Positions 27,725 to 35,818 of a stretch of DNA of 38,070 nucleotides are shown piece by piece; position 1 is the stretch's first letter, and every line of letters starts with the position of its first letter. The position numbers and the translations under genes are program-made. The DNA comes from an uncultured Bacteroides sp. (GTDB taxonomy: Bacteria > Bacteroidota > Bacteroidia > Bacteroidales > JACABE01): positions 1 through 38,070 of the forward strand of contig CAZUCB010000002.1 in NCBI GenBank assembly GCA_964618755.1, in the 5' to 3' direction. Below the pieces are notes generated by a model, which was not told where the DNA came from, did no database searches, and was given only the letters and a program-made list of their open reading frames with translations.

Positions 27725-29293
27725 TTAATTTTTTATTGTAAGATGATTAGCATCTTCTGAACCTGGTCCTTTTTTAATTTGTGAAACCATTATTTTGATT
27801 TCAGCAATGAGTAATCCTGTAAAAATTACTAAAAACAACCAAAAAGTAAATTGTACAGAAGCAGGTTTAATTTGAGAAACGGCTGCTATAGTTGGCAAAA
27901 TATCCTGAATAACCCATGGTTGACGACCTACTTCAGCAACAACCCAACCTAATTCTGAAGCTATATAAGCCAATGGAATTGTCCATAGTGCGGTATACAA
28001 AATAAAGCGCTTCTTTTCAATTTTATCTTTCTTAATTAATAGTAATACAACCAGAAATAAGGCTAAAAAATGAAATCCCAAGCCAACCATAATCCTAAAT
28101 GAATAAAATGTTGATGGTACACTTGGAATTAATTCATTCACATCTCTATTAGCATAATATCCATATCCAAAATGAGCATAATTTTCATTGAATCTTGCCA
28201 GAGCAGAAGTTGCAATACTATCATTTCCAGTTTTTTTAGCATTTTTATATTCAGCAAGTGACTGTATTGAAATCTTTCCTTTTTCACTGCGTTCTTTGTA
28301 GGATAATATATGATGCTCTGCATTACCTTTAACTAAATCATGAATACCAGGCACATAAGCATTGGGATCTAAAAATGCCATGTAGGAGAGCATATTTGGA
28401 ATTTCTAGTTTAAATACAAAATCTTGTTCTTTAGGATCAGTTTCGGTTTTATTTTTTTGCAAAAAACCAATGGCAACTAAAGGAGCATTTTGTTGTCCGG
28501 TATATAGGTTTTCCATAGCAGCAAATTTCATGGGTTGAAATTTAGCCATGTTACGGGCAGAACCATCTCCAGTTACGATTGTTAGAAATGATGCAGCAAT
28601 ACCAAAAATTGCTGCCACTTTCATGCTTTTTTTGGCAAACGTTTTCTCTCTGTTTTTTAACAGATACCATGCACTTACGCCAATTACAAATACTGCAGCC
28701 AATACATAAGCAGATAAAGCAGTGTGTAAAAATTTATTAATGGCTACAGGTGAAAACAAAACGTCCCAAAAATTAAGCATCTCGTTTCGGGCAGTATCAG
28801 GATTAAATTTCATTCCAGCCGGATTTTGCATCCATGCATTAGCGACTAAAATCCATAACGCTGATAGATTTGAACCAATGGCAACCAACCATGTTGAAAC
28901 TAAATGAAATTTTTTACTTACCTTATTCCATCCAAAAAACATAACTGCAATAAAGGTGCTTTCCATAAAAAATGCCATGATACCTTCAATAGCCAATGGT
29001 GCTCCAAAAATATCACCAACAAACCATGAATAATTTGACCAGTTTGTACCAAATTCAAATTCAAGGATAATTCCTGTTGCTACACCAATTGCAAAATTAA
29101 TTCCAAATAGCGTCATCCAGAATTTGGTAATTCGCTTCCATTCAGGATTACCAGTACGTACATACTGGGTTTCCATAAAAGCAATAATAAAAGAAAGCCC
29201 CAGGGTTAAAGGTACAAACAACCAATGATACATGGCTGTGAGTGCAAATTGAGCCCGCGACCAATCAACGAGTGAAAAATCTACATGTTCCAT
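27725..29293 (-). CDS. cydA: Cytochrome bd ubiquinol oxidase subunit I
   Basis: SRAQFALTAMYHWLFVPLTLG, EFEFGTNWS, ANAWMQ, KFLHT, QPMKFAAME, FRIMVG, GWVVAEVGRQPW. Confidence 0.97.
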   Translation of the reverse strand: MEHVDFSLVDWSRAQFALTAMYHWLFVPLTLGLSFIIAFMETQYVRTGNPEWKRITKFWMTLFGINFAIGVATGIILEFEFGTNWSNYSWFVGDIFGAPLAIEGIMAFFMESTFIAVMFFGWNKVSKKFHLVSTWLVAIGSNLSALWILVANAWMQNPAGMKFNPDTARNEMLNFWDVLFSPVAINKFLHTALSAYVLAAVFVIGVSAWYLLKNREKTFAKKSMKVAAIFGIAASFLTIVTGDGSARNMAKFQPMKFAAMENLYTGQQNAPLVAIGFLQKNKTETDPKEQDFVFKLEIPNMLSYMAFLDPNAYVPGIHDLVKGNAEHHILSYKERSEKGKISIQSLAEYKNAKKTGNDSIATSALARFNENYAHFGYGYYANRDVNELIPSVPSTFYSFRIMVGLGFHFLALFLVVLLLIKKDKIEKKRFILYTALWTIPLAYIASELGWVVAEVGRQPWVIQDILPTIAAVSQIKPASVQFTFWLFLVIFTGLLIAEIKIMVSQIKKGPGSEDANHLTIKN

Positions 29294-29309
29294 ACTTTAA
29301 TGTTTAAAA

Positions 29310-29519
29310 TTATTTTGTTAATTGTTTAATTACATAATTACTTCTTTCATCATCTGTTTTAAAATTTGATTTCAAAAAATTTGGAAAAAATAATAATTTT
29401 AAAATCAAAAAAATGATGCCCAATTTTATAAGGATAATTATCCATAGTTTTTTTCCAACTGTCATATTTTTAAACCCTTGAAAATAAAACTCAAATATTT
29501 TTTTTGCAATTTTCATCAT
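29310..29519 (-). CDS. DUF4492 small membrane protein, typical upstream of Bacteroidota cydA
   Basis: FYFQGFKNMTVGKKLWIIILIKL.I.F.ILKLLFFPNFL. Confidence 0.88.
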   Translation of the reverse strand: MMKIAKKIFEFYFQGFKNMTVGKKLWIIILIKLGIIFLILKLLFFPNFLKSNFKTDDERSNYVIKQLTK

Positions 29520-29655
29520 ACTTATTCAGTTCATTCTTTATTCAGGACAAATGCAGATAGAATTTAAAAAGATTATCAAAAATATTTCTCTAAAATATAA
29601 AATAGTCATTGGTCATTAAATAGTATTTTATATAATAATAAAAAATAGAATATAG

Positions 29656-31545
29656 TTAACTAATAAAAGTATAGATTATCAATAATGCTAAAATCAAACC
29701 GATAAGCACAGCAAATAGTCCAAACAAACGCAATGTGATATCTAACCATAGCGGACTGGGTTTCTTTACCTCAAAATCTTGAGTAATCCCTTGCTCTTGA
29801 TAGCGTTCCCATTGTTCGCTTCGTTCATGAATCATTTCTTCCTCAGTTATTTGACCATTAAAAATTACAAAGTCCATAGGAAACTTTTCAGAGCGAAAAT
29901 GTGTGTTGAAGAAATGGATGGTAAAAATGAAACCAACAGCTAACAACGCCTCGTCTGAATGAATGATCGTTGCAACGTTAAAAAACCATCCTGGTAGGAA
30001 TTTTCCAAAGAATTCAGGAAACCAAAGAAGTAATCCACTAGAACCTATAACAGCTACCCCCCAGAAAACAGCTAAAAAGTCAAATTTTTCCCAATAAGTC
30101 CATCTGTCAAAGCTTGGTTTTGGTCCACGGAAAAAGAACCAACGAAACATAGCCTTCATATCACGAAAATCTTTTCGATTAGGAAAAAGGGAATCAAAAC
30201 CGAATAGTCGTTGAAAGAAGCTTTCATTTGATGTTTTTTTAGAAAATAGAAAGCGACTACTCATCACAAGAGCTACAATAAAATATCCAAAGGTAATGAT
30301 GGCACAAATTCGATGAATTAAGCCAGCATTGGTGGTTCCTCCAAAGAAATCCATTAAAACTTTACCCCATGAAGTTTGATTAAATTTCAATGGAAGACCA
30401 GTTAAAGCCAATCCAAGGAAACTAGTTACAACAAACAAATGAAGAATTATATGTATAGGACGAAAACGTCTGTAAACTTTTCTTCTAATTTTCTGATTTT
30501 CTTTTGAATTTGTTGCTGATTTATAAAAGAAAGCCGCATTGCGCATTTGTTTCTTTTCAACAAAACCTCTATATGCCCATAGTATTGAATGAATCCAAAA
30601 GAACAGGAAGGTTCCAATCAATAGAGCATTCATGCTTATGGTAATCCAGAAAAGCAGAGGAAACTTACTGTAGTTGGTGGGTTCTGCATGGGCAATAAAT
30701 TTTGTAAATTTATTACTAGAGTACTTATGACATTGTTTACAGGTATTAGCTATATGGGCCGAATTCACAGTTGAATTGGTATCCTTTTCCGGAAGAATAT
30801 TGTGTGCACTATGACAATCTGAACAGCCAGCAACCTTTTCAGGATAGCCAAGTCTCATGTTCTTACCATGATAACTTTCAAAATAGGTTTCTGGTGCTAT
30901 TGTAGTCACTTTATTTCGTGCCATCATTTCCGCATCTGAGTGACACTTCAAACATGCTTGTGTATGGAAAGATCGTCCTTGAGCATCATTATCAATTTTT
31001 TTAATAGCATGAAGACCATGACAATCTGAGCAAGTAGGAGCATCATTTTTTCCATTAATAAGTGCTTTAAAGTGTGTCGATTTAAAATAGTGAGATACTT
31101 TCTGATGACATTGCCCACACAACTTTGCTGCAGCCACTTTATCATTTTTAATAGAAGTGATATTATGAATGTCAGCATGGCATTTTGAGCAAGTTATAGG
31201 AAGTCGATTAGCATTGTGAATACTTGTTTCATGTTCTTTCGCAATTGAATTGTGGCAACTATTACAATTCATGGGTTTAAATTTAACAATACATTGTTTT
31301 TTCCCTGCTGTCTCCCTTACAATTGTTTGCTTAGCCTCATCCTTAACGTGACATGCAGAACACATAAGCGAATTATGAACAGACGCATTGTAAGCATGGG
31401 TGGAAATATTTTTTTTGTGGCAGCTTATACACTCCGAGTTAGATGAAGCTAAAATTGAAGGAGTTTGTGCTATTGCCACTAATGTTACCAATCTAATGAT
31501 TAGTAAAAGGCTAATTATTTTGAATGTTGAAGATAATTTATTCAT
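29656..31545 (-). CDS. Nonaheme cytochrome c fused to a cytochrome b (FdnI/HydC-like) membrane domain; CbcL-like quinol oxidoreductase
   Basis: Nine CxxCH motifs (CISCH, CSACH, CNSCH, CSKCH, CGQCH, CSDCH, CLKCH, CSDCH, CKQCH), then TM helices with heme-b His candidates (ILHLF, IHRIC, IIHSDEA, TIHFF), [10 protein letters not shown] and [18 protein letters not shown]. Confidence 0.9.
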   Translation of the reverse strand: MNKLSSTFKIISLLLIIRLVTLVAIAQTPSILASSNSECISCHKKNISTHAYNASVHNSLMCSACHVKDEAKQTIVRETAGKKQCIVKFKPMNCNSCHNSIAKEHETSIHNANRLPITCSKCHADIHNITSIKNDKVAAAKLCGQCHQKVSHYFKSTHFKALINGKNDAPTCSDCHGLHAIKKIDNDAQGRSFHTQACLKCHSDAEMMARNKVTTIAPETYFESYHGKNMRLGYPEKVAGCSDCHSAHNILPEKDTNSTVNSAHIANTCKQCHKYSSNKFTKFIAHAEPTNYSKFPLLFWITISMNALLIGTFLFFWIHSILWAYRGFVEKKQMRNAAFFYKSATNSKENQKIRRKVYRRFRPIHIILHLFVVTSFLGLALTGLPLKFNQTSWGKVLMDFFGGTTNAGLIHRICAIITFGYFIVALVMSSRFLFSKKTSNESFFQRLFGFDSLFPNRKDFRDMKAMFRWFFFRGPKPSFDRWTYWEKFDFLAVFWGVAVIGSSGLLLWFPEFFGKFLPGWFFNVATIIHSDEALLAVGFIFTIHFFNTHFRSEKFPMDFVIFNGQITEEEMIHERSEQWERYQEQGITQDFEVKKPSPLWLDITLRLFGLFAVLIGLILALLIIYTFIS

Positions 31546-31560
31546 AAGATTTAATAAAAT

Positions 31561-32757
31561 TTAGCTGCAAAGTCCTCCTGATCGTTTTTTAGAACCTATT
31601 TTAATTTTAGGAACATATGCATTTTTTGAGAATAATTGAAGTACTTCTGCTGGAGGAGAAGCAAGATTGATCGCTTTCTCATGTATTTTTTTATCAGCAA
31701 ATAGACTAATCCAGTTATGTAAACCGTTTTCGAGTATATATAAATTTACTACTCCCTGAACTTTCAGATATTGCCACGCTTTGATAGAGATTGAATCGTT
31801 ATCTGCTAAAAGCACCACAACACCTTGAGGTGGAAGCTGAGCAAGTGGAGCCACAAACTTAGCATTTAAAAGGTCGTCCAGTTTAACATTTTCTGAACCA
31901 CTCAAATGAAAATTCTCAAAATCTTTATTCGGACGTAAGTCCAGCGTAATAAGTTTTATTGTTGATTCGTAATTAGTTTTTACATATTCCAATGGATGAA
32001 TAAAAACAGCTTTTGATGAAAGTTGTCCTGAATACTTGGTTTCCATAATTTTCCATTTACGAATTGGGTCAGGTTGCCCGATAGACCAAACCAATACTGC
32101 AATTGCAACTAACACAACAGCACCGTAAAGATAAGGTCGCTTTGTAATTTTCCACGTCATGGCTTTACCTGTTTCCTTATTTTTGAAAAACTCTTCCACT
32201 TTCTCTGCACCATAAAACATCATTAAAGCAAATATTGTAACAATAAATACTGTTGCACCAATTGATATACCCAACCAGTCGGAAACCAAATATCGGTCGG
32301 TGAAAGAAGAATTCCAGAAATCTTCAAACCCAGGTAAAGATTCACCAAACAGCCCAGCTCCAATAATTGTTCCAACAAGGAAGAAAAGTCCATCTATTTT
32401 AAAACTTGCTGTCGCAACAAGCGAAGTACCAGGACAATAACCACCAATAATAAAGCCAACTCCCATAATGAGTCCTCCAACAATACCAGGCAATAAGAAT
32501 GTTTGGTTTACAGCGAGTTGAGAAAAATCGAGCAATCCTAAGGCTGATGAAAGAAAAATCAAAAGGCAGGCTACAAGAATACCTGTAAACATTGTTTTTA
32601 ATACGGTCATATCTTTTAAATAAAATTGAGCAGCAAGACGACGTGAATCGCCAAATCCTGCTAATTCTAAAGCAATACCGAAACCAGCACCAATTATAAA
32701 GAAAACCGCATATCCGCCGGCTTTTCCAAGTTCTGTAATAATATCAATAGGTAACAT
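31561..32757 (-). CDS. YeeE/YedE sulfur-compound transporter subunit fused to a C-terminal rhodanese-like domain
   Basis: GFG.ALE.AGFG.S..LAAQFY..DMTVLK.MF, GG.IMG.GF..GGYCPGT; soluble part has LDLRP..DFENFHL.GS and LYILENGL..W; ends KKRSGGLCS. Confidence 0.88.
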   Translation of the reverse strand: MLPIDIITELGKAGGYAVFFIIGAGFGIALELAGFGDSRRLAAQFYLKDMTVLKTMFTGILVACLLIFLSSALGLLDFSQLAVNQTFLLPGIVGGLIMGVGFIIGGYCPGTSLVATASFKIDGLFFLVGTIIGAGLFGESLPGFEDFWNSSFTDRYLVSDWLGISIGATVFIVTIFALMMFYGAEKVEEFFKNKETGKAMTWKITKRPYLYGAVVLVAIAVLVWSIGQPDPIRKWKIMETKYSGQLSSKAVFIHPLEYVKTNYESTIKLITLDLRPNKDFENFHLSGSENVKLDDLLNAKFVAPLAQLPPQGVVVLLADNDSISIKAWQYLKVQGVVNLYILENGLHNWISLFADKKIHEKAINLASPPAEVLQLFSKNAYVPKIKIGSKKRSGGLCS

Positions 32758-32780
32758 AGTAAATTTCTCTTTTTTATAAA

Positions 32781-33302
32781 TTAATCAGCCCAAAGACGAC
32801 GAACAAAATATGCAACTGCATAGCCTCCAATAAATACACTAAACATAAAAGCCCAACTTCCAAGCGAAAGAACTGCTCCACCTGATAATGCTTGCCCTGA
32901 TGTGCACCCACGTGCAAATCGAGCTCCATATCCCATAATAATTCCTCCTAATATTGCAAAGAAAAGTCGTTGAATATTAGATATTTTAGATCCTTTGTAT
33001 ATTTCAATTTTTAATCTACCATTTAGCAATGCTGAAATTAATCCACCTGCAAATGTTCCAATTAAAAGAAGAATGCTTGGGTGATCTAAAGCGTTACTTT
33101 TGCCTGCTCCCATAGAAGCAAAAGTACCGACACTGTCAACATGTGATGACCAAAACAATTTTGTAATTGCAACTTGAATTCGACTAATTGCTCCTGAGGC
33201 TCCCAAACCACTATGAGTTAATGCAAAAGCGGCAAAAAGAACTACACCGAGAATAGTTCCAGCAAAATATGGATTTTTGACGTTTTTTGGTATCCTTTTC
33301 AT
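32781..33302 (-). CDS. YeeE/YedE sulfur-compound transporter subunit (half-transporter)
   Basis: NPY.AG..LG, GLGASG, G.F.GG.ISA, GG.IMGYGARFARGCTSGQALSG. Confidence 0.9.
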   Translation of the reverse strand: MKRIPKNVKNPYFAGTILGVVLFAAFALTHSGLGASGAISRIQVAITKLFWSSHVDSVGTFASMGAGKSNALDHPSILLLIGTFAGGLISALLNGRLKIEIYKGSKISNIQRLFFAILGGIIMGYGARFARGCTSGQALSGGAVLSLGSWAFMFSVFIGGYAVAYFVRRLWAD

Positions 33303-33326
33303 TGTATAATTTCTTTAATTATTATT

Positions 33327-34763
33327 TTATTTCTTAACTACCTGAACAGGATCACGATCGTATCCAAGTTCTTTCCAGTTCAAACGACCTTGCTTAGAAT
33401 GGCATTGCTCACATGACAATGCATTCTTTTTTATTGAAACCATGTGAGTAATTGGCCCATACATCTTTGTATGCGTAAAAGCATACTTACCACTATAAGG
33501 CAAACCGTTGATTTCTGCACCTTTTTTAATGGCATATGCCCAATTAAATTTAGTCCAATATCCACCTTCACCACTGGTTAATGGTGGTATAATTATATTA
33601 TTAATTGGATCATAAGGTTGGCTGGCATGATGTATTTTAAATGGCCATATCTTTGCCTTTGAATCATTACGTGAACCAATCGGACGATTAATAAAATGTT
33701 CAGCTTCTGAATCAAGCTTGTCACCAAGGACGTAGCGATCCATTTTGCCTGTGTACCAAGCATAAGTTGGAACAACATCCTCCTCATAATGAAACTCACC
33801 TTTAATTTTCAGGTATTCATGAGGGCTGTCTTTTCGGGTAGAATCACCTGCTTTTGACCAATCCCAAGTCATTTTTGTCGGGAACTTTCTTGCAAACTCA
33901 GGAATATGGCAGGTCTGACAGGCTATACGAACAGCATGTTCGTTAAGACGCTGATCTTTATGAGCTTTCTCTGTATGACAATTCTCACATCCAAAACGAA
34001 CTGCCTTGGTTTTTTCAGTATACGTTGTATTCAATTTACCAGAAATAACATGATTGTGTGTTTTATGGCAATCTATACATTGAAAATTGAGCTTACCCAT
34101 ATGGTAGTCAAGTTCCTGATTTGCATTCAGTAAAGATTCGTCAAGATCTCCATGTTTTACACCCATACCCCCACCTCCATTGAAATGGCAAATGCCACAG
34201 TTTTCACGATAAGGACGACGTACACTTCCTGCAACTAAACGTAAATCAACATTTTTATTTGGCAAGCCGAGTTTTGTTTTTGAGTAAGTTCCAGAGCCAT
34301 CATGGCATACTATACAGTCCACATTTTCTTCTTTTGAAAAATCGAAACTCATGTCCCCCCAGCCATATCCAGCATGACATATTACACAAGAGCCCCAATT
34401 ACCTACCACACTGATACAATAGTTATTTATTTGATTTCGTTTTCCAAGAAGAATACTTTTCCCATTTCGAACAACATCACCACTAATCCATGTCCAATGT
34501 GCTGTTTGCATTATTTCCTTAGCACTATTTGTATGACATTTAATGCACATTCGGGTCACTTGCTGAGGAGAAGTAATCGAGTCCTTGAAATAAGCACTGT
34601 GGTCTAAATGAGGCAACATGCGTCCTTCAAGTGGATTTTCAGGATGTTGCTCAGATTCTTCATTGGTTTTAGAGTTATTGTTGCACGAAGTTGCTACTAT
34701 TAAAAACAGAAGCAATATTCCAGCAAGACGTAATGTAAAGAGTAAAGACTTAAAAATTGTCAT
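33327..34763 (-). CDS. otr: Octaheme tetrathionate reductase (OTR)-family cytochrome c, predicted lipoprotein
   Basis: Eight CxxCH motifs (CIKCH, CVICH, CIVCH, CGICH, CIDCH, CENCH, CQTCH, CEQCH); family signatures HWTW, GK.N.INNYC, CHAGYGW, CHF.GGGG.GVKHGDLD, ACQTCHIP, WDWSKAG, KIWPFK.H, ITHMV; lipobox ATSC. Confidence 0.92.
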   Translation of the reverse strand: MTIFKSLLFTLRLAGILLLFLIVATSCNNNSKTNEESEQHPENPLEGRMLPHLDHSAYFKDSITSPQQVTRMCIKCHTNSAKEIMQTAHWTWISGDVVRNGKSILLGKRNQINNYCISVVGNWGSCVICHAGYGWGDMSFDFSKEENVDCIVCHDGSGTYSKTKLGLPNKNVDLRLVAGSVRRPYRENCGICHFNGGGGMGVKHGDLDESLLNANQELDYHMGKLNFQCIDCHKTHNHVISGKLNTTYTEKTKAVRFGCENCHTEKAHKDQRLNEHAVRIACQTCHIPEFARKFPTKMTWDWSKAGDSTRKDSPHEYLKIKGEFHYEEDVVPTYAWYTGKMDRYVLGDKLDSEAEHFINRPIGSRNDSKAKIWPFKIHHASQPYDPINNIIIPPLTSGEGGYWTKFNWAYAIKKGAEINGLPYSGKYAFTHTKMYGPITHMVSIKKNALSCEQCHSKQGRLNWKELGYDRDPVQVVKK

Positions 34764-34834
34764 AATTTCTTATTTGAATGTGTAATTGTCCCTTCAAAAA
34801 AAACACTGATATTATTATTTTTTAATATCTGAAG

Positions 34835-34842
34835 CAAAGTTA
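34835..34842 (-). promoter_or_regulatory. -7 element (TAACTTTG) of the otr operon; no clear -33 TTTG
   Basis: CAAAGTTA on +, about 70 nt upstream of the otr ATG. Confidence 0.6.
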
Positions 34843-34894
34843 AAGTTATAAGTAGTTATTAAGATATAATCTTATGTGAAGATTGGTAATATAT

Positions 34895-34927
34895 TTTGTG
34901 ATATTCATCACATTTTATATATCTTTG
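34895..34927 (+). promoter_or_regulatory. Promoter of the Crp/Fnr gene (-33 TTTG, -7 TATCTTTG), overlapped by the CRP box
   Basis: TTTG at 34895-34898, a 21-nt spacer, then TATCTTTG at 34920-34927. Confidence 0.65.
34897..34912. promoter_or_regulatory. Crp/Fnr-family binding site TGTGA-N6-TCACA
   Basis: TGTGA-TATTCA-TCACA, an exact CRP-type palindrome in the intergenic region between otr and the divergent Crp/Fnr gene. Confidence 0.85.
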
Positions 34928-34945
34928 TATTCTTAATTTAATTTC

Positions 34946-35626
34946 ATGGAAAAAAAAAACTGTAAACACTGTTCTGTAAAATCAAAAGCAGAAGAAATCC
35001 TTAGTGTTGATGAATTAGAGGAACTTGGTAGAAGTTGTAATGATGTTGATTTTAAAAAAGGGGAAAGTATCATCAAAGAAGGCACTCTAACTTCTAATGT
35101 AATTTATATTAAAAGTGGCTTGGTTAAAATTCACAAAAAGGGACCACATAAAGAATTGATTTTAAGATTAGTAAAAGCACCTTCTTATTTGGGATTGCCT
35201 TCTGTTTTTGGTGATAAAATCAATCAATATTCGGCTACAGCTATCGAAAATTCAAGTGCTTGTTTTATTTCATTCAATGCTTTTCAAAAATTTATTTTTA
35301 CAAATGGTAATTTTGCTTTGGAAATAATTGCTGAATTATGTCGAAACGAAATAAATGACAACCAACGTTGGGTGAATCAATCTCAAAAAAATGTAAATGG
35401 TAGATTGGCAGAAACCCTTTGCTGTATATCTCATCATATTTTTCAAAACGAAACTTTTAATCTTCCTCTTACACAAAGCGAATTGGGTGATTTAACAGGT
35501 ACTTCCCGCGAAAGTGTATGTAGAATTCTCACTGAGTTTTCACAGGATGGAATTATCAGTCAATCTGGTAAAGAAATATCAATAATAAATGCTGAAAAGT
35601 TAGAAAAAATAAGCAAAAATGGTTGA
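34946..35626 (+). CDS. Crp/Fnr-family transcriptional regulator with N-terminal CxxC
   Basis: CKHC; cNMP-binding-like FKKGE.I..EG...IYIKSGLVKI; RLAE.L; HTH LTQSELGDLTGTSRESVCRIL.EF...GII. Confidence 0.95.
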   Translation: MEKKNCKHCSVKSKAEEILSVDELEELGRSCNDVDFKKGESIIKEGTLTSNVIYIKSGLVKIHKKGPHKELILRLVKAPSYLGLPSVFGDKINQYSATAIENSSACFISFNAFQKFIFTNGNFALEIIAELCRNEINDNQRWVNQSQKNVNGRLAETLCCISHHIFQNETFNLPLTQSELGDLTGTSRESVCRILTEFSQDGIISQSGKEISIINAEKLEKISKNG

Positions 35627-35704
35627 TATTTTCTTTACAATTCATTAAAAAAATAATGCCTTTGTAAAGTTTATTTTACACCATTTGGCAAATTAAGTAT
35701 AAAA

Positions 35705-35740
35705 AAGAAAGCCACGAAAAGATATATTCGTGGCTTTCTT
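35705..35740. terminator. Bidirectional terminator between the Crp/Fnr gene and the delta-60 gene
   Basis: 14-bp perfect inverted repeat AAGAAAGCCACGAA / TTCGTGGCTTTCTT, flanked by A and T tracts. Confidence 0.88.
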
Positions 35741-35818
35741 ATTTTGTGATATTATGATTTGGGAAGTTTTCTTTTCAACGAATTATTGATTGAGAAATCA
35801 AGTAAATTATAGATTGGA

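Noticed and set aside
31555-31570. Possible selenocysteine read-through after the GGLCS tail
   Set aside because: The stop codon is TAA, not TGA.
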